DNA of 64,000 bases from Xylographa opegraphella (GCA_022813865.1 JALDZX010000008.1:62001-126000); one strand, 5' to 3'. Numbered from the stretch's first letter, positions 23,571 to 37,001 are shown. Made by a program: numbers and translations. Notes: a model not told the origin generated them from the sequence alone.

Positions 23571-26500
23571 TCAACAAGGAAGCCAATTTGGCGCCAGGCT
23601 CGGACAATTTGAGAGCGAAGGCGAAATAAGGCAAGTCTTTTCCGTGAGGAAAACCCTTTTCGTATCATCTTGGAGGGCCATTTCCTCGAAGAAGCTGATA
23701 AGTTTCAGACCAACAACCTCATGATCCATATCTGATCGAGTTCGAAGCCTTTCGACCCATAATGGCATAGCGACCTCCTCAAGTCTATCTCCAGTCACTT
23801 TCATTTGAGTATCCTGTACCATCTGTACTAGATTGCACCAAGGAGCTGGGTGAGGGTGGACAACTTGGTACACACTGGTAGCTCCCCCAACTTGCTTCTC
23901 TCGTGTGAGAATATCCTTTATGGTCTCAGCTGCACAATCAACAGGCAACCAATCCACTTGTCGCTCTGTGAAAATCGGAATGACCTTCATCTGGACAGAA
24001 GTCGCAAGCATAATGGGATACATATCTTCCTTACTCCATAAGCCGTACTTACTATGTCCACACAGCTGTCCAACGCGCAACAGCACGCAACCTGTACCTA
24101 ATTGTTTACTTGCGGCCTCGGTAACTCGTTCGGCTGACTTTCTATTAGTCTCTATGTGGATATTGGCAGGGAGGAAATGGTTACCAATAAACTTGCTCTG
24201 AGCATAACCCGTCTCCAAAGCCACCGTGGGATCATCTCCGAGTGATTGTTCTGGGACTTCGTCGCCCTTGAAACCTTTGCCCATACATGCACTGACACTA
24301 CTGGTAAAAGCAAATACCTTTCGTCTGCCGGTGTGACAGAAGCGAATAAGTGCCACGGTACCTACAGCGTATCAGAAGTGCCACGAGAAATGACCTTGAG
24401 ATTGACGGACCTCTAATACAATCGTCCTCGAACTCCTCCACCGTCTGATTGAAATTGACCTTCCATGCACAGTGTATCACAGTCGTCACTTCATTAGAGA
24501 TTCGATGGTAATTGTCAATGTCTAATCCTAACAGTGGGTCTCTCATGCTGTAATTAAGGAGTTCTAGCTTTCCACTGTTGAGAACCCTGCTTGCATCCAT
24601 ACCACGGTCTTCAAGTGACTTTCGCAAGCTAGCATATCTATCTAGTCCCCTGACCAAGGCAAAGATCTTAGATACCTCGGAAGAACTCGATAGGATCTTT
24701 AGTAGTGCTGAACCCAAGGACCCAGAAGCACCCGTGAGAAGCACAGCATTCATACCGGCACATTTATCGGCAGTGGTGGGTAAAATAGGCCATGAAGCGA
24801 AGTCTGCGGTACATCTGGCGATGGATTTATTGATGAAGATTATGTGCTTATCTTCCTTTGTTCTTGTCTTTTCTCCCGAGAAATATTCTGTTAGCTGACT
24901 GATTGAAGGGTGCTCGAAAATTGTTGATAGTGAGACCGTCCCCATCAGCTTAGAGAGGGATGATCGGAGTTGTAGAGCCGAAAGAGAGTCCATGCCGATA
25001 TCATAGAAGCTTGTCGTATCTTCAATATTCATCACGGGAATGTCGAAGGCTACTGATACATGATCTCGTAACAATCTTGGAAGCGAGCCTCGATCGTATA
25101 ACATTTCACGGTCGAGCTCACCATCAACACCTAAAAGCTTGTCGTACATTCCATTGATGATGTCCTCGAAAACAGCCAAAGATTCGTTTCGTTTAACATT
25201 GCCTTTGGGCGTCACTGGTAAGACGACACCCGGTGGAAGGATGTATATCATAGAGCGCAGGACCTGAGAGTGCCTTGGATGATTTTTGTTTATCTTCTGT
25301 ATTCCAAACCAAAGATTGTCGATTATCTCGTCGTGATCCATTCCCATGTTGGCTTTGAGCTCCACGAGAATACCGACACAGGGTCTTGAATGGCCCACAG
25401 CCAATACATTCTTGACCATAGGACTCGCATCTTGGATATCTAGCTGGAGGGAACCGGCGCTGGTGTTGTTGCCATCTGAGTGGACAAGAAAATCGTCTCG
25501 TCGGCCCTGAAGCACAAAGTTTCCGCTTTCTGGGGGGTCTTGCTTGAACATATCGTTCGTGCCGTAAGGCTTATCATTCCCATTGACCCAGAGTTCTGCC
25601 GCTAAGTCAAAGCCTTTGTGAACAATACATTCATACAGTCCGCCTCCAACATCTTGCATCTCAAAATTGCCGTTATCTGGATACAAACTTCGCAAACTGT
25701 AGCAATTGGGATTTTCCCGGCTATGCGGAATGGAACGCATGGGAGGACCTATCTCTGTGGATCCATACGTTGTCTTGATATTGACATCAAGGGATGCGAG
25801 TCTCGTAACGAGCGCGTCTGAAAGTTTGGCTCCTCCTGGTTGCAGAACTTTTAGGGAGGTAAGCATTGAGAAGTCATCATTGTTCTTAGTGATATACTCA
25901 TAAAGGCTTTCAATGATAGACGGGGCACAGTGAATACAGTCAACGGGATAATATGACAGCGCCAGAGTCTCGCAAGCTTGAAGTATGGAAGATGCCGAAG
26001 GCGGCCAGGAGAGAGGAGGTAGAGACGTTGTCAAGCCATTGGGCAGACCTGAGAGCATTATGGAAATGCCGGCGATATGATACCTTTAGTGCGGTCAGGA
26101 AATGCATGTTATGCCGGATATACACGTGAAAGGTTCTCACATACAATGGAAACAGGAGAAACCAATTTTCGATGTGAAAATCGGGAAAAAGTCGATACAT
26201 GCGGGCAATTAACATCATACTGCGGTTCGTATGTACAATTGCCTTTGGCGGTCCTGTGGAACCGCTAGAATGGAGAATAAAAGAGTGGCGCTCCCATGGA
26301 TCACAGTTGTCCTCAAACCGGAGGAAATCAACTTCACTTTGAGGTACCACGACATCGAGCCGACATTGCAGCTCAATCATCGGAATGCTCCGCATAATGG
26401 ATGACGCTCCTTCAGCATTCCGTCGATCATGAACGATGGCAAGGGCCTGGCATTCAACGAGCATGGTTTGGATCACATCACTAGGGCTCTTGTCGGCCAA

Positions 26501-26932
26501 GAGAAGTACACGAAAATTGAGCTTTTGAAAGGCGATCTGGGTGCAGAAATAATCTAAAGTTGTCCCCCCTCCGAGAAGAGCAACAGTAGGCTGTTTGAGG
26601 TCTTTGAGAGCTGCTATAATTTCGTTATGGAAGAGGTGGCCATATTCCATAGCAAGGCAATCGGTGACTTGGTGGAACTGGTCCCAAGTGATCGACAGAT
26701 ACGACGTATTGGATCTGTTCGTGGCGGGATACATGAAAGCAACCAGATCATGGAAAATCTCGGCATTGTGCTTGACGAGAGCTCCCAGATTGTCCAGCCT
26801 GGAATTAGAGTATCTCACGGAATGTGGATGGCCATGAAGCCACCAAAGCTCCTTAGTCTTTTCAGGAGCATGAGCGGAGACCACAACAGACGGATCGGAG
26901 CATGATGATACAGGTTCAAGACTTCTGGTCAT
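23571..26932 (-). CDS. NRPS-like enzyme (adenylation-thiolation-reductase; carboxylic acid reductase type)
   Basis: A domain LHSSGSTGPPKAI, YGSTEIG, GRRDD, TPKGNVKR; T domain FYDIGMDSL; R domain LLTGASGSLG, HCAWKVNF, GYAQSK. Three introns (26144-26084, ~24410-24362, ~24184-24134). Confidence 0.88.
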
Positions 26933-28497
26933 GGCAGCGAGGTGTTTTGCCAAAAAACCAAACACGACGGACGATAGATAGTGTGTTACGGAGGACCTTG
27001 ACGATGGTTTTCGTCGGAATTTGAAATGAGGTACGGACGGTAAAGTAGTCTGTTATGTAATGTCGACATGATGTTCTGTTGGTCGAGATTGTACGAGAAA
27101 ATGCGCGATAACTTCAAGGTTCATGTGCTAAGAGTTATCGGGAAGGTTCAGTCTGTATATGCGCTAGTAACAATGGTGCGGAATAGCTGTTTTAAATCCA
27201 TCTCCCCATCGGCGTCATTGATAAGAAGGTGCTGAACTATAGCTTAGCCAATAGATTGATTCGGCTTATTAGAAGTTATTCACCTTCGAAGGCCGCCTTT
27301 GCCATTGATTTCCAACACAATAAGGGTTCAAATTAATACTCCGACTCCCAAGATATAGCGAACATAATCCTACAGACAGCGCGGCTACTATCAAGACTCC
27401 AGTAGACATATAAGGGCAGACCACTACATCTGTTTCCAAGTATTCATCGCTTTCTCCACATTGCACCGCAGGCTATCAACCGTTATCCAACTTCTGGAAT
27501 GTCGGACCGTCTGATTGTGAAGCATTTGGGAAGATCTTCACAAGATCATCAGAGAGCCGTACGCCGAATCCTGTTACACTGGCCCAGTATTTGAACAAAT
27601 GCAAACAAGAAGCCCGCGCAAAACCTGGCGGACCAGTTGCTTCACAGTGTAGCGATGATTAAAGCATTTGAAAGCCCAGGTCCACATGCTACTGGTGCCG
27701 ATGCAGCCACCATGTAGCCAATGGTTTCGTCCATGTGAAATAGCAGTATGATGTAGGAAACACAAAAGACCTCGGATTTCTAGCATAACAAGGCTATCTC
27801 TGCTTGATAGCAAGAGCAGCGTCGCTGAATACCTCGGCAGTGATATGTTGCCTTCAGGCGGCCTTCTGACTTCACCGACTCATGGTATGCCAACATGGTC
27901 CAACACTCATTTCTTCCACGAGTCTGGTATGAGGTCTAGGTCTGCCTTGCTGGTCGTCCGGACCGAGTCGCCGTTGTGAAAGAGTCTCAATTTGGTTGAA
28001 AATACAGGGTTGGCACTCGTCCTATGCTTGCAATTTGGAAAAAAGTCAATCAATAACGAAATGTCAAGTGGAGTACTCCGTATATATCCTTGCAGAAAAT
28101 GTATGTACATGCAAGTGCCTTAGAATCCAGTTCCTCAACCGGCAGAATTAACTCATTTCTGTCCAGTTTCGGGACTTCAGGAATCAGGTACGCAATAGTG
28201 CTATAGAAATTTCCATACATCACCACTACCCGATCCTATTTAGCACCATGGAGCAATGAAGAACATTCAATCTAAATTCGCGAGAGAGCGCAAGATGACG
28301 AACGTCGGTCCAAGCACGACAGGCTAAGTCCTCCTTATCGCGCCCCCCTCGAACCAAGCCCCAAGTGAGGATGGAAGTGCCGTTGTGGGCTAGGGCATTG
28401 TGATAGAGTTCGACGGCAATGTCAGGAAATCGTCTCGAGAATCAATCAGACGTAGGAGACGTCTACTCAGAAAGAAGTGTTCTACACACGTGCGATC

Positions 28498-30061
28498 ATG
28501 GAGTTTGACCTGATAGTGAAGAATGGAATCATCGTGAGTCGTCCTCAGCCTTTTGCGCCCCTGGACTCGTTTCCTGAGACCTAAGCGAGACGGCTAATCT
28601 ACTCTGGGCGGCCTCCAGGCATCTGCATGCGATGTCATCGCTGGACAGGACATCGGTATCAAAGATGGAAAGATCATTGCTCTTGGTACCGCCCTCGAAG
28701 CGACATCATCTTCGACCACAACCATAGACGCCCAAGGCGGCTATATCACCCCCGGCGGTGTAGATAGCCATGTTCATCTCGAGCAGCCCAACTGCCCGAT
28801 GGGCGATACCTGGGAGACCGGCTCCAGAAGCGCTGTGTGTGGTGGTACGACAACCGTAATAGCATTCGTATCTCAAGCTCGTCAACATGATAGCCTACTT
28901 CCTCTCGTAGAAGAGTACAGTGCCCGAGCGGAAGCTAACTCGTATTGCGATTACGGCCTCCATCTCATTCTCACGAATCCTACGATGAAGATCCTGACCG
29001 AGGAAATACCGACACTTGCCAGAGAACATGGAATCACCAGCGTCAAGCTGTATATGACTTACGATCCGATGATACTTCGAGACCGGGAAATACTGAACAT
29101 TATGATGGCATCCAGGAAGTTAGGCATGACTACAATGATTCATGCGGAGAACCATGATATGATTGATCTCATAATTGAAACACTTGAAGCAGAGGGTAAG
29201 ACTGAACCCTATTACCACTCTGTCTCTCGGCCGAAGATTGCAGAAGCGGAAGCAACATATCGAGCAATCTCTTTGGCCGAACTCATGGATGCACCGATCC
29301 TGCTGGTCCATGTGTCTTCTCAAACTGCAGCGCAGCACATAAGAGATGCGCAGACTAGGTTGCTGCCTATATACGGCGAGACATGCCCTCAGTATCTATG
29401 GCTCTTGGCTGAGCGGCTTAAGGGAACTGAAAAAGACCATTTTCACGGCGCTCAGGCTGTTTGCTCTCCACCTTTGCGTGAGACTTCAGCAGAAACGGAT
29501 GCTATGTGGAGAGGTATCGCAAACGGTACTTTTACGACATTTTCATCAGATCATGCGGCATCCAAGTACCATGTGGAGGGTGGGAAAAAGCTGGGTCTTG
29601 TTGATGGAAAGCCATTCTTCAGGAAAATTCCAAACGGTCTTCCTGGTCTGGAAACGCGATTACCTCTTCTCTTCAAGGGAGTTCTCGAAGGCCGCATATC
29701 AATTCATGACTTCGTAAGAGTTGCATGCAGTTCTCCTGCCAAACTCTATGGTCTTCCAAGCAAAGGAGCGATACTACCAGGAAAGGATGCAGATCTGTGC
29801 ATATGGTACCCCCATGGAAAGATGAAGTCGTTCAGCCTGAGAAATGATATGTTACACCATGACATTGACTATACACCTTACGAGGATCTAGAATTTGCTA
29901 ATTGGCCACGATATACGATCCTCCGTGGTAAGGTTGTTTGGGACCGGGATGGAGAAGGGTTGACAGGCAAAATGGGGTACGGCCAATATATCAAACGAGG
30001 GGCAAGTTTACTCCCCGGGCCTCGAAATGTTTTTGTCAATGAATGGAGGCCGCCCATGTGA
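28498..30061 (+). CDS. Hydantoinase / dihydropyrimidinase (cyclic amidohydrolase)
   Basis: Exon 1 MEFDLIVKNGII; intron 28534-28618; metal ligands in PGGVDSHVHL, SVKLYMTY (carbamylated Lys), IHAEN, VHVS, SSDHA; also PNGLPGLETR and DYTPYE. Confidence 0.93.
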
Positions 30062-30198
30062 AGACTTGTTTATGGACTCTAGATGAGCAGCAAAGAAAAA
30101 ACACCTCAATACAAAAACCGTTCCATCTACCTATTTAATCAGCATAATTGGGTATATAGCATAGACTAATCCCGTCCATAAATATCCAAATCCTCTCG

Positions 30199-31038
30199 TC
30201 ATGAATCAAGATCCTCCTTTAGAACTTCCCACATTCTCTCTTCATCTTCCAATTCCCTGTCCCATTCTTCATCATCACCTCCCCTACTATCCTGTCGTAA
30301 TTCAGTTTCATTCACTCTGCTCTCCTTCACTTCCCGCTCAGCCAGTCCTTTGCCCAAGCCTTCTAATATTTTATCTATCCTGGTCCTTAATTCTTCGATC
30401 CCTTCTTTTTCTCTCCTTCCTCTCTCGACTTGCGCTTCCATCATCAATATCAGTGCTTCCCTTGCCTGGTGCGGTCGATACTCGTTCACAGCTTGGTGTG
30501 CATTACGAAAGAGGTCGCGTAGATCATCCCATTTGGGGCCGTACTCAGTTGATGAAGGATTGGTAGCAAGAATATGAACAAGTTCGAGGAAGTTTAGTAG
30601 GATGGATCGGGTCAGTTGGATAAGACTGGCAGGGGTTGGCGGAGAGGTGTACAAAGTAGATGTTTCGTCAGGCAGTGGTATTATAGGGGCGGCGAGCTAC
30701 AAGAAAAGGTCAGTGCCTTGTTTGCGTTTCCATCGGGCACAAGACAGGAGTAAATTGTGCATATATCCAGAACAAACACTTACTGAACGGTCTTCACCGA
30801 AAGAGCGATACCGGCCATTGGGCGGTGGCGGAGGCGGTTGGAGGTATCGAAGCTCTGAAGGAAGATCAAGCAACGAATTCAATGGGCTTCGGTTATTTCT
30901 GTTATCTTCAAGATCTGTGTTCGAGTCTGCCTGTAATTCGGCGAAGCGGGCAAGATTCGTCTCTGTGAAGTGCTTATAAAAGGGTGGTGGAGCAGGGAAA
31001 GCGGCAGTAATGCTGGAACTCGTCTGTGGTTCTGCCAT
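30199..31038 (-). CDS. MED7: Mediator subunit 7
   Basis: AAFPAPPPFYKHFT, YLQPPPPP..YRSFG; intron 30783-30697; SILLNFLEL, NEYRPHQARE. Confidence 0.92.
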
Positions 31039-31861
31039 TGTGCCATGCAGTGTGGTCTTGTTTAAGCGACTTTGGTGGCATCGCGCACCAAATACTAACA
31101 CTTCATGAGCTACCGGCGAAGTACTCGTTAAGTTTTTGTAGAATGTTCCTCCAGTCAACCAACGCACTTGATAGGGCTGAGTGGTCCTCGGAGTTTAGAG
31201 TTATAGCCGATCCCATGAACAGGACATACTTGACCGCAAGCTAGATATATGACCCAACATTCGTCTTTGAACCATAATGTCGCTGCATAACGATTGGGTT
31301 ACCTATGTATCTCGCGTAAAATTATGTCTTTCACGAGAGTTTTGCTTATTTAAGGTGACAAGACACTAAATAGAGATTTCTATGAGCTTGAGTTTTTACG
31401 ATAGTTTGAATCACGGTAGTGAATCTCAACCACTTAATACGCTTTTACACCAGCTCTTACCACCAAGTATTGAAAGCATCATCTATTCGACATCTTATTA
31501 CGAAGTATTCAACTTACGTGCCAGATCCTCGTGCTGACTTTGGTCATCGCGGGCAACCAGATCCTAGCGCCTTGGCTTAATCTTCGCGCTAAGAAGCATC
31601 ATCAACAAATACATTCGACCTCAGCTCTCTGTATATTACTCAACCCACCCGCAGTTATAGAACAACTTTACCAGCCCCACACTCCTCTGTCGAGGCAATC
31701 ACCACGCTCATGGTGGCTAAGGACAGCTTCCGTACCAAAATGATTTTTTCAATATAGATTTATCAATCCACAATCGCCCTCGGAGCACGGCGCGTGCAGG
31801 CCTCCACCACTACCCCTCCACGCATCCTTCAGATTCCTGAGGGTGCAATAGAATTCTACGT

Positions 31862-34098
31862 ATGGCATTAGTATCAATACCTCCTTCACCACATACGATT
31901 GGTTCAATGGCCAATCGAAGAGTCCCTTTGTCCAGTGTACCCAACGCAGGGAATTCGCCCTTCCGAGCCGTGGCTCTTGCTGCTAAAAGATCTCGATTAC
32001 AGGGTATCTATGCAGAGGAAAAGAGATACGATGACCCACCAGCTGCCAAGAAGCAAATCGTGGAGATCAATCCGACTGTGCCTCGAACTCCTCCTACGCG
32101 AAACCAGCCTCAAAGTGTAGAGGGCCGAGTATTCAGTAAGAGGCCTCAAGATTCGCAGCTGACAGCTTTTGATCGTAAGCTGTTAGCCGTTAAGGATCGG
32201 GCAGTTGACGCCAAAGTAGTCAAGAATGAAAGAGTGTTGGACGAACCAATGGATACTCTAAGGCAATGGCAAAATCATTACAAGAAGGCCTTCCCTACCT
32301 TCGTCTTCTACTTCGAGAGCGTACCAGAAGACTCTAGGAGGCAATACTCCAAACAACTTCACATTTTTGGAGCAGTGAGTTTGATATTTTTCCTCCGCGC
32401 TACCATTTGGTCTTTGACTAATACGCCGTCCATAGAGGGAAGAGAAGTTCTTTTCCAAAGAGGTCACTCACATTGTCACTACTCGGTCTCCCCCTATCGA
32501 AAGCACTGCTGCGATATCTGCCGACAAACCACAAACGTCTTCTCTATCGGCAGCATCGCAAGAAAGCACACAACTACGCACAATCAATCCATCTTTGCTC
32601 GAAAAGTCTATTGAATTTTCCAATGCAACAAATGGCAACTCTCTCAAGAGTAATAAGCTCACGTTTGGCGTTGCTAATGCCAAGACGTCTCGACTTGCCG
32701 ACTGTCAAGATGTGGACACACGACGAAATCACGCTGGGAGCATTGATATCCTACACAGGGCTCAAGATATGGGGATTAAAATATGGCAACTGGAAAAGTT
32801 TGGCCGAATTTTGCATGTCATGTCAGATGACTTGAAGGGAGAGACGCAAGCCCATCATCCGCATAATACTCGAAGTAATATCTCCAACGCAACAAAGACC
32901 GGGAAGGAGGCTGATTTATCACGACTGATACGTAACGAACGACTTAATGGGTCTACTGATAGAGAGGCCATCCTAGCCACGAACGATGTTGTCAAATTCA
33001 ATGGCCCTTACATCTACATCCGGGATATGAACGAAAAGTGCAAGCCAATCATGGTCCGAGAATATCCAAAAGTGCAACATCGTAAAGAAGGAGCCTGGCC
33101 GCAGTTTCGCAGTGCACCGATCGGAAAATGTCCATTCCTTGAAGAGGTCGTATATGTTAGGCGAGACGGGAAAGCGGCAGCGAAGGACGACAAAGAGGAA
33201 AGTAAGGATGAAGAGGATGAAATTCCTCAAAGGGGCAAAGAATCTGCACCTGTGGCGACTAAAGAAGTTACCAACACTAAATCCACTACAATGCGACCTC
33301 CAGTTCAAGCCGGGCGTAAAAGGCCCTTGTCCGAGATGCAGCAGGAAGATAATTTGACTTCGCGGCGAATACAACAGCTTCCTGCTGCCCTCAGTCGGGA
33401 CGAGCCAATAGAGGCAGCTCAAGAATTTCATAAGCCGCAGAGACACCAACTACTTGGCAGTCGCCCAAATTTTCATGGTGGAGAGCCGATGGCTTCTGGT
33501 ATGCAAGCCTCAAACATCACATCCGCCATACGATCTCAGATGGTATCGTCCACTGCCGCGGCACCAGGAGCAAAGGCTGGCACCAGCAGAGAAGTACACG
33601 GACTTCAAAGAAAGGTGCTTGAGCGGAATGCTGGGCCATCACTCAACGCTACAGGAACAGTCCAGCAATTGCGCGATATTACTGGTAATACCAGATCCGT
33701 TCGCAACATAGCGGCACCCCGTGCAGCGAAACAGAAGGCACAGGAAAAACTTGGTCAAAATAGACTCATCCACATCAATGAAGAGATGTCGTTGTCGGAA
33801 CAAGAAGAAGTGGATGGGAAAGCAGCCTTGAGGCGGAGCAATACAATAAAAGCTTTGAGAGGCGAAAAGCGGGAGCCAAAGCCTGGCTATTGCGAGAACT
33901 GCCGCGAGAAATTCGATGACTTTGAAGAGGTTAGTTTTGTTTATGTTTTTAAACACAACGGACAACTGACCTTTCCAATAGCATACGCTTGGACGAAAGC
34001 ATCGCAAATTTGCCAGTACCAAGGAAAACTGGAAGGATTTGGATGATTTGTTGAAAGAGCTTGTTCGGACACCTCGAGACCAAGATGGGTTTCGATAA
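31862..34098 (+). CDS. DBF4: Cdc7 kinase regulatory subunit Dbf4/Dfp1/nimO
   Basis: Motif N (FVFYFES..EKFFSKEVTHIVTTR after intron 32375-32435), motif M (GPYIYIRD..PIMVREY), motif C Zn finger (PGYCENCREKFDDFEEH..KHRKFA). Confidence 0.92.
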
Positions 34099-35042
34099 CC
34101 TGGATTGGTGTCACTTTTCCTTACCTTCATTTGATCTTCGGCGACATATTCGCCATGACACAGCTCCTCAGCCATGATCTCTTATGTTTGCGTCCTGCAG
34201 GAAGTTTGCGAAATTTGCACGCTTCATACTCAGGTCCCCTTTCGCTTCTTGCATCGCGGTGTCTATGACAGTACCAGGGCAATAGGACCCTTCACTGCAT
34301 TTTCTTGGAGCGCAGCGGCATTTACTGGGCGCCTTTGGTATCTTTGATCCGCTGTAGATACGCTTCTTTTCCGTGTTGCTCAATACAAGGGCAAGGCTTT
34401 GTTGTTAAATAGGCGGTTACAGGATTTGTAGCTGTGGTAGCAGGGCTTAAATTTGATTTGCTCCTTCGTGTTCTGCAGACCCTATGTAGGACATTGGTCA
34501 GTTCTATGGCTTCCGAGTGCCTTGAACCGATTTATTAAGGCGAGCTATGAACGGGTGAATATAGATAGCCATACTACGAATGAAAGACCATTCTGATGAC
34601 CAGTTTCGGGACTTTCCCAAGCCTTTCCACTCATGATGTGCCGAACTTGCCTGATTTCAAGCAAGTACCTGAGGAAATTGGTTGCTCGTTCATTTGACTT
34701 CATGACAAGTTTAACAGCAGTGTTTGTCTGGACTACTGATTCTGGTACTTTAGATTGAGTCTGACGTTGGCATTTATGTCACTGGTGCTGTACGAGATTT
34801 GTTCAAGTGATAGAAATAGCTGTATTATTGAGCTATGATATTTCCTGCTAGGGACAGCTAATAGCTGTGTCTAGTGTTGTGGCTGGTGGTTAAATAATGA
34901 TATCAATGATACCAATGACCTTCTATGAATACTAAGTCCGCAAGGCTCGAATCTATAGATAAAGCAACATTGGATATATAGCATCAGGCAAATCTTCAAC
35001 ATGGTCCGTACGCTGCTCTTACGACATGGCTCAGCACCACAC

Positions 35043-37001
35043 CTATCCGCCCTTCCGCATTCCCTCCAGCACTTTCTCCACGTCCTCGCACAGCGCAACA
35101 AAGTTCTCGTCCATGATGCTGGTAAGTATGGCATCAGTTAACCCGGCTTTACGCTCCTCCCAAGGGGTGTTTGCATATACTTGAAGGCCGCATGTTGCTA
35201 GTGAACGATTCGCAAGAACCAGAGCGGAATTTGATACATGATCAGGACCCGAACGGCATCCAGCTTCTCGGATATGTTTGTCGACTCGATCCACCCATTC
35301 TTGAGAAAGCTCTGGACGTGGTGCAGCATTCGCATCACCAGACACGGGCATTAGGAGGTGGGGAATATCAACAACAGTGGTCTGACTAATGGCATCCTTG
35401 GGTGCCGACCGAGGAACTGCAAACTTAGCGCCGTCTGGAGAAACTATACCATGATCCTGGAAAGGAGGGTTTGCAGACTGAGAGAAGGTCTTTTGAGATG
35501 CACGGGCTTTGCTTGATGACCTCGTAAACCTGGCCGATACATGCTGCACTGATTTTGCTGCGGTGATCACTGCACAATTTGGTATTGGCGGCTCCGGTAA
35601 TGCTCGCTTAGATGTCACATCTCTTGGCAGGACTTGCTCTGGAGTAACTTCTTTCAAATCCGCTTCTTGTGTAGCCACTTCCTTAGAGGCACTTTTCTGA
35701 GCTAGGGGGGCTGTTCGACGCGTAGTTCTGGCTGCAATTCTCTTCGGCCTTGCTCGCTGCGTTGGGGCTTGCTTCGGTGCGGCTTTCACCGAATCCTTCT
35801 TCATCTCAAGGACAACCTTAAGTGACGATGTAGACTCGCCAACAGTTGAGCTGCTGTCTGCGTCTGGTCGAAGGCGCTTCGCTGGTACAACTGCGAATGG
35901 GAGGTCTCGTTTCGGAGGGAGAATTTGGCTCAACATGTCAATTGACATGTTGGTTAAAGCCACTGGGGCCGAAGATGGACGAAAATGCTCCGGTCCTTCC
36001 ACACTGATGAACTCTTGATTCACTGAACCGATGGCCGAAAATTGAGGATGTCGAGTAGGCTCTGGTTGTACTTGGTATGGACGAGATACACGGTCGGATT
36101 CGGATCTCTTCTCTAGGCGCCCGGCCGAGCTCTGAATCCGAGGATACGAAGCCAAGATCGTAGGAATATCGCCATAGCTGTTTGTTGTCGATGGTCCCGC
36201 TGACAGTGAGCCATGCAAATCACATGTGGTATTGCTTCTAGCTTCGGCGTTTTCCGTGATCGTAGCAGATGGAAGGTGCTGTGACAGATTTGAGGTTTGA
36301 GTTCCTGAATTATGAGATATAGCAGTTGTTTGCGACAAAAGCGAAGACTCGATTTGCACATTTTGGTCTTTTATGGGTAAGGTTGTCGCTAGGAGTGCCT
36401 TCACTGTGTGTTCGTATCCAGATTCTGCTGTGAAATTGAGTTGCAACCGGCGGGTCTATTGGGCAGATAAGCTTCGGATCTCTAAAACTGTTATGTTCAG
36501 TACCTCTCCGTTTGGAAGTCTGAAACGAAAGGAAACCAGTGGTTTCCGAATGATGATGAGTATGTTGCGGCTCGCATCCGATGCTTGCGATCCTCCGAGT
36601 CTGGCTTCATCAATGCGTGCCTGTTGGAGTAGATTATTGAGGCAGATGACCTCCTGCAAACGATCAGACCAAAGAAATTAGGATCATCACAATTGCAGAG
36701 AGGTTAATCAGCTTCGAGGTAGCAACTTTCCCAGAGAACGTACTAGTATATCTCCATCTTGGAGGATGCTGATGGTTGGTCTCCTTTCAATCAGTCCCCC
36801 ACAAGTCATAGAGGAAACATGTTCGAGCACAGCAAAGAGATTCTCCTTTTTCAAATGGGACCACGCAGCCGTTCTACGGCCAACAAGAATCGTAGAGTAC
36901 GAAAATTTATGTAAGGAAAATCTTAGAGTGGGAAGGTCATCACTTGCGACTTCAGAATGTAAGAAAATGTCTTGAGAAGAGAAAACCATATTCGATACCA
37001 T
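35043..37001 (-). CDS. REC114: Probable meiotic recombination protein Rec114/Rec7
   Basis: Spliced N-terminal PH-like region (KFSYS, WSHL, ILQDGDILE, TRRLQLNF), disordered middle, and C-terminal ILTSIMDENFVALCEDVEKVL resembling the REC114 terminal signature. Start codon uncertain. Confidence 0.65.

Noticed and set aside
28221..28229. CACCACTAC shared by the carbamoylase and hydantoinase promoters
   Set aside because: Short, and also present near the DBF4 start (~31805), so not specific.
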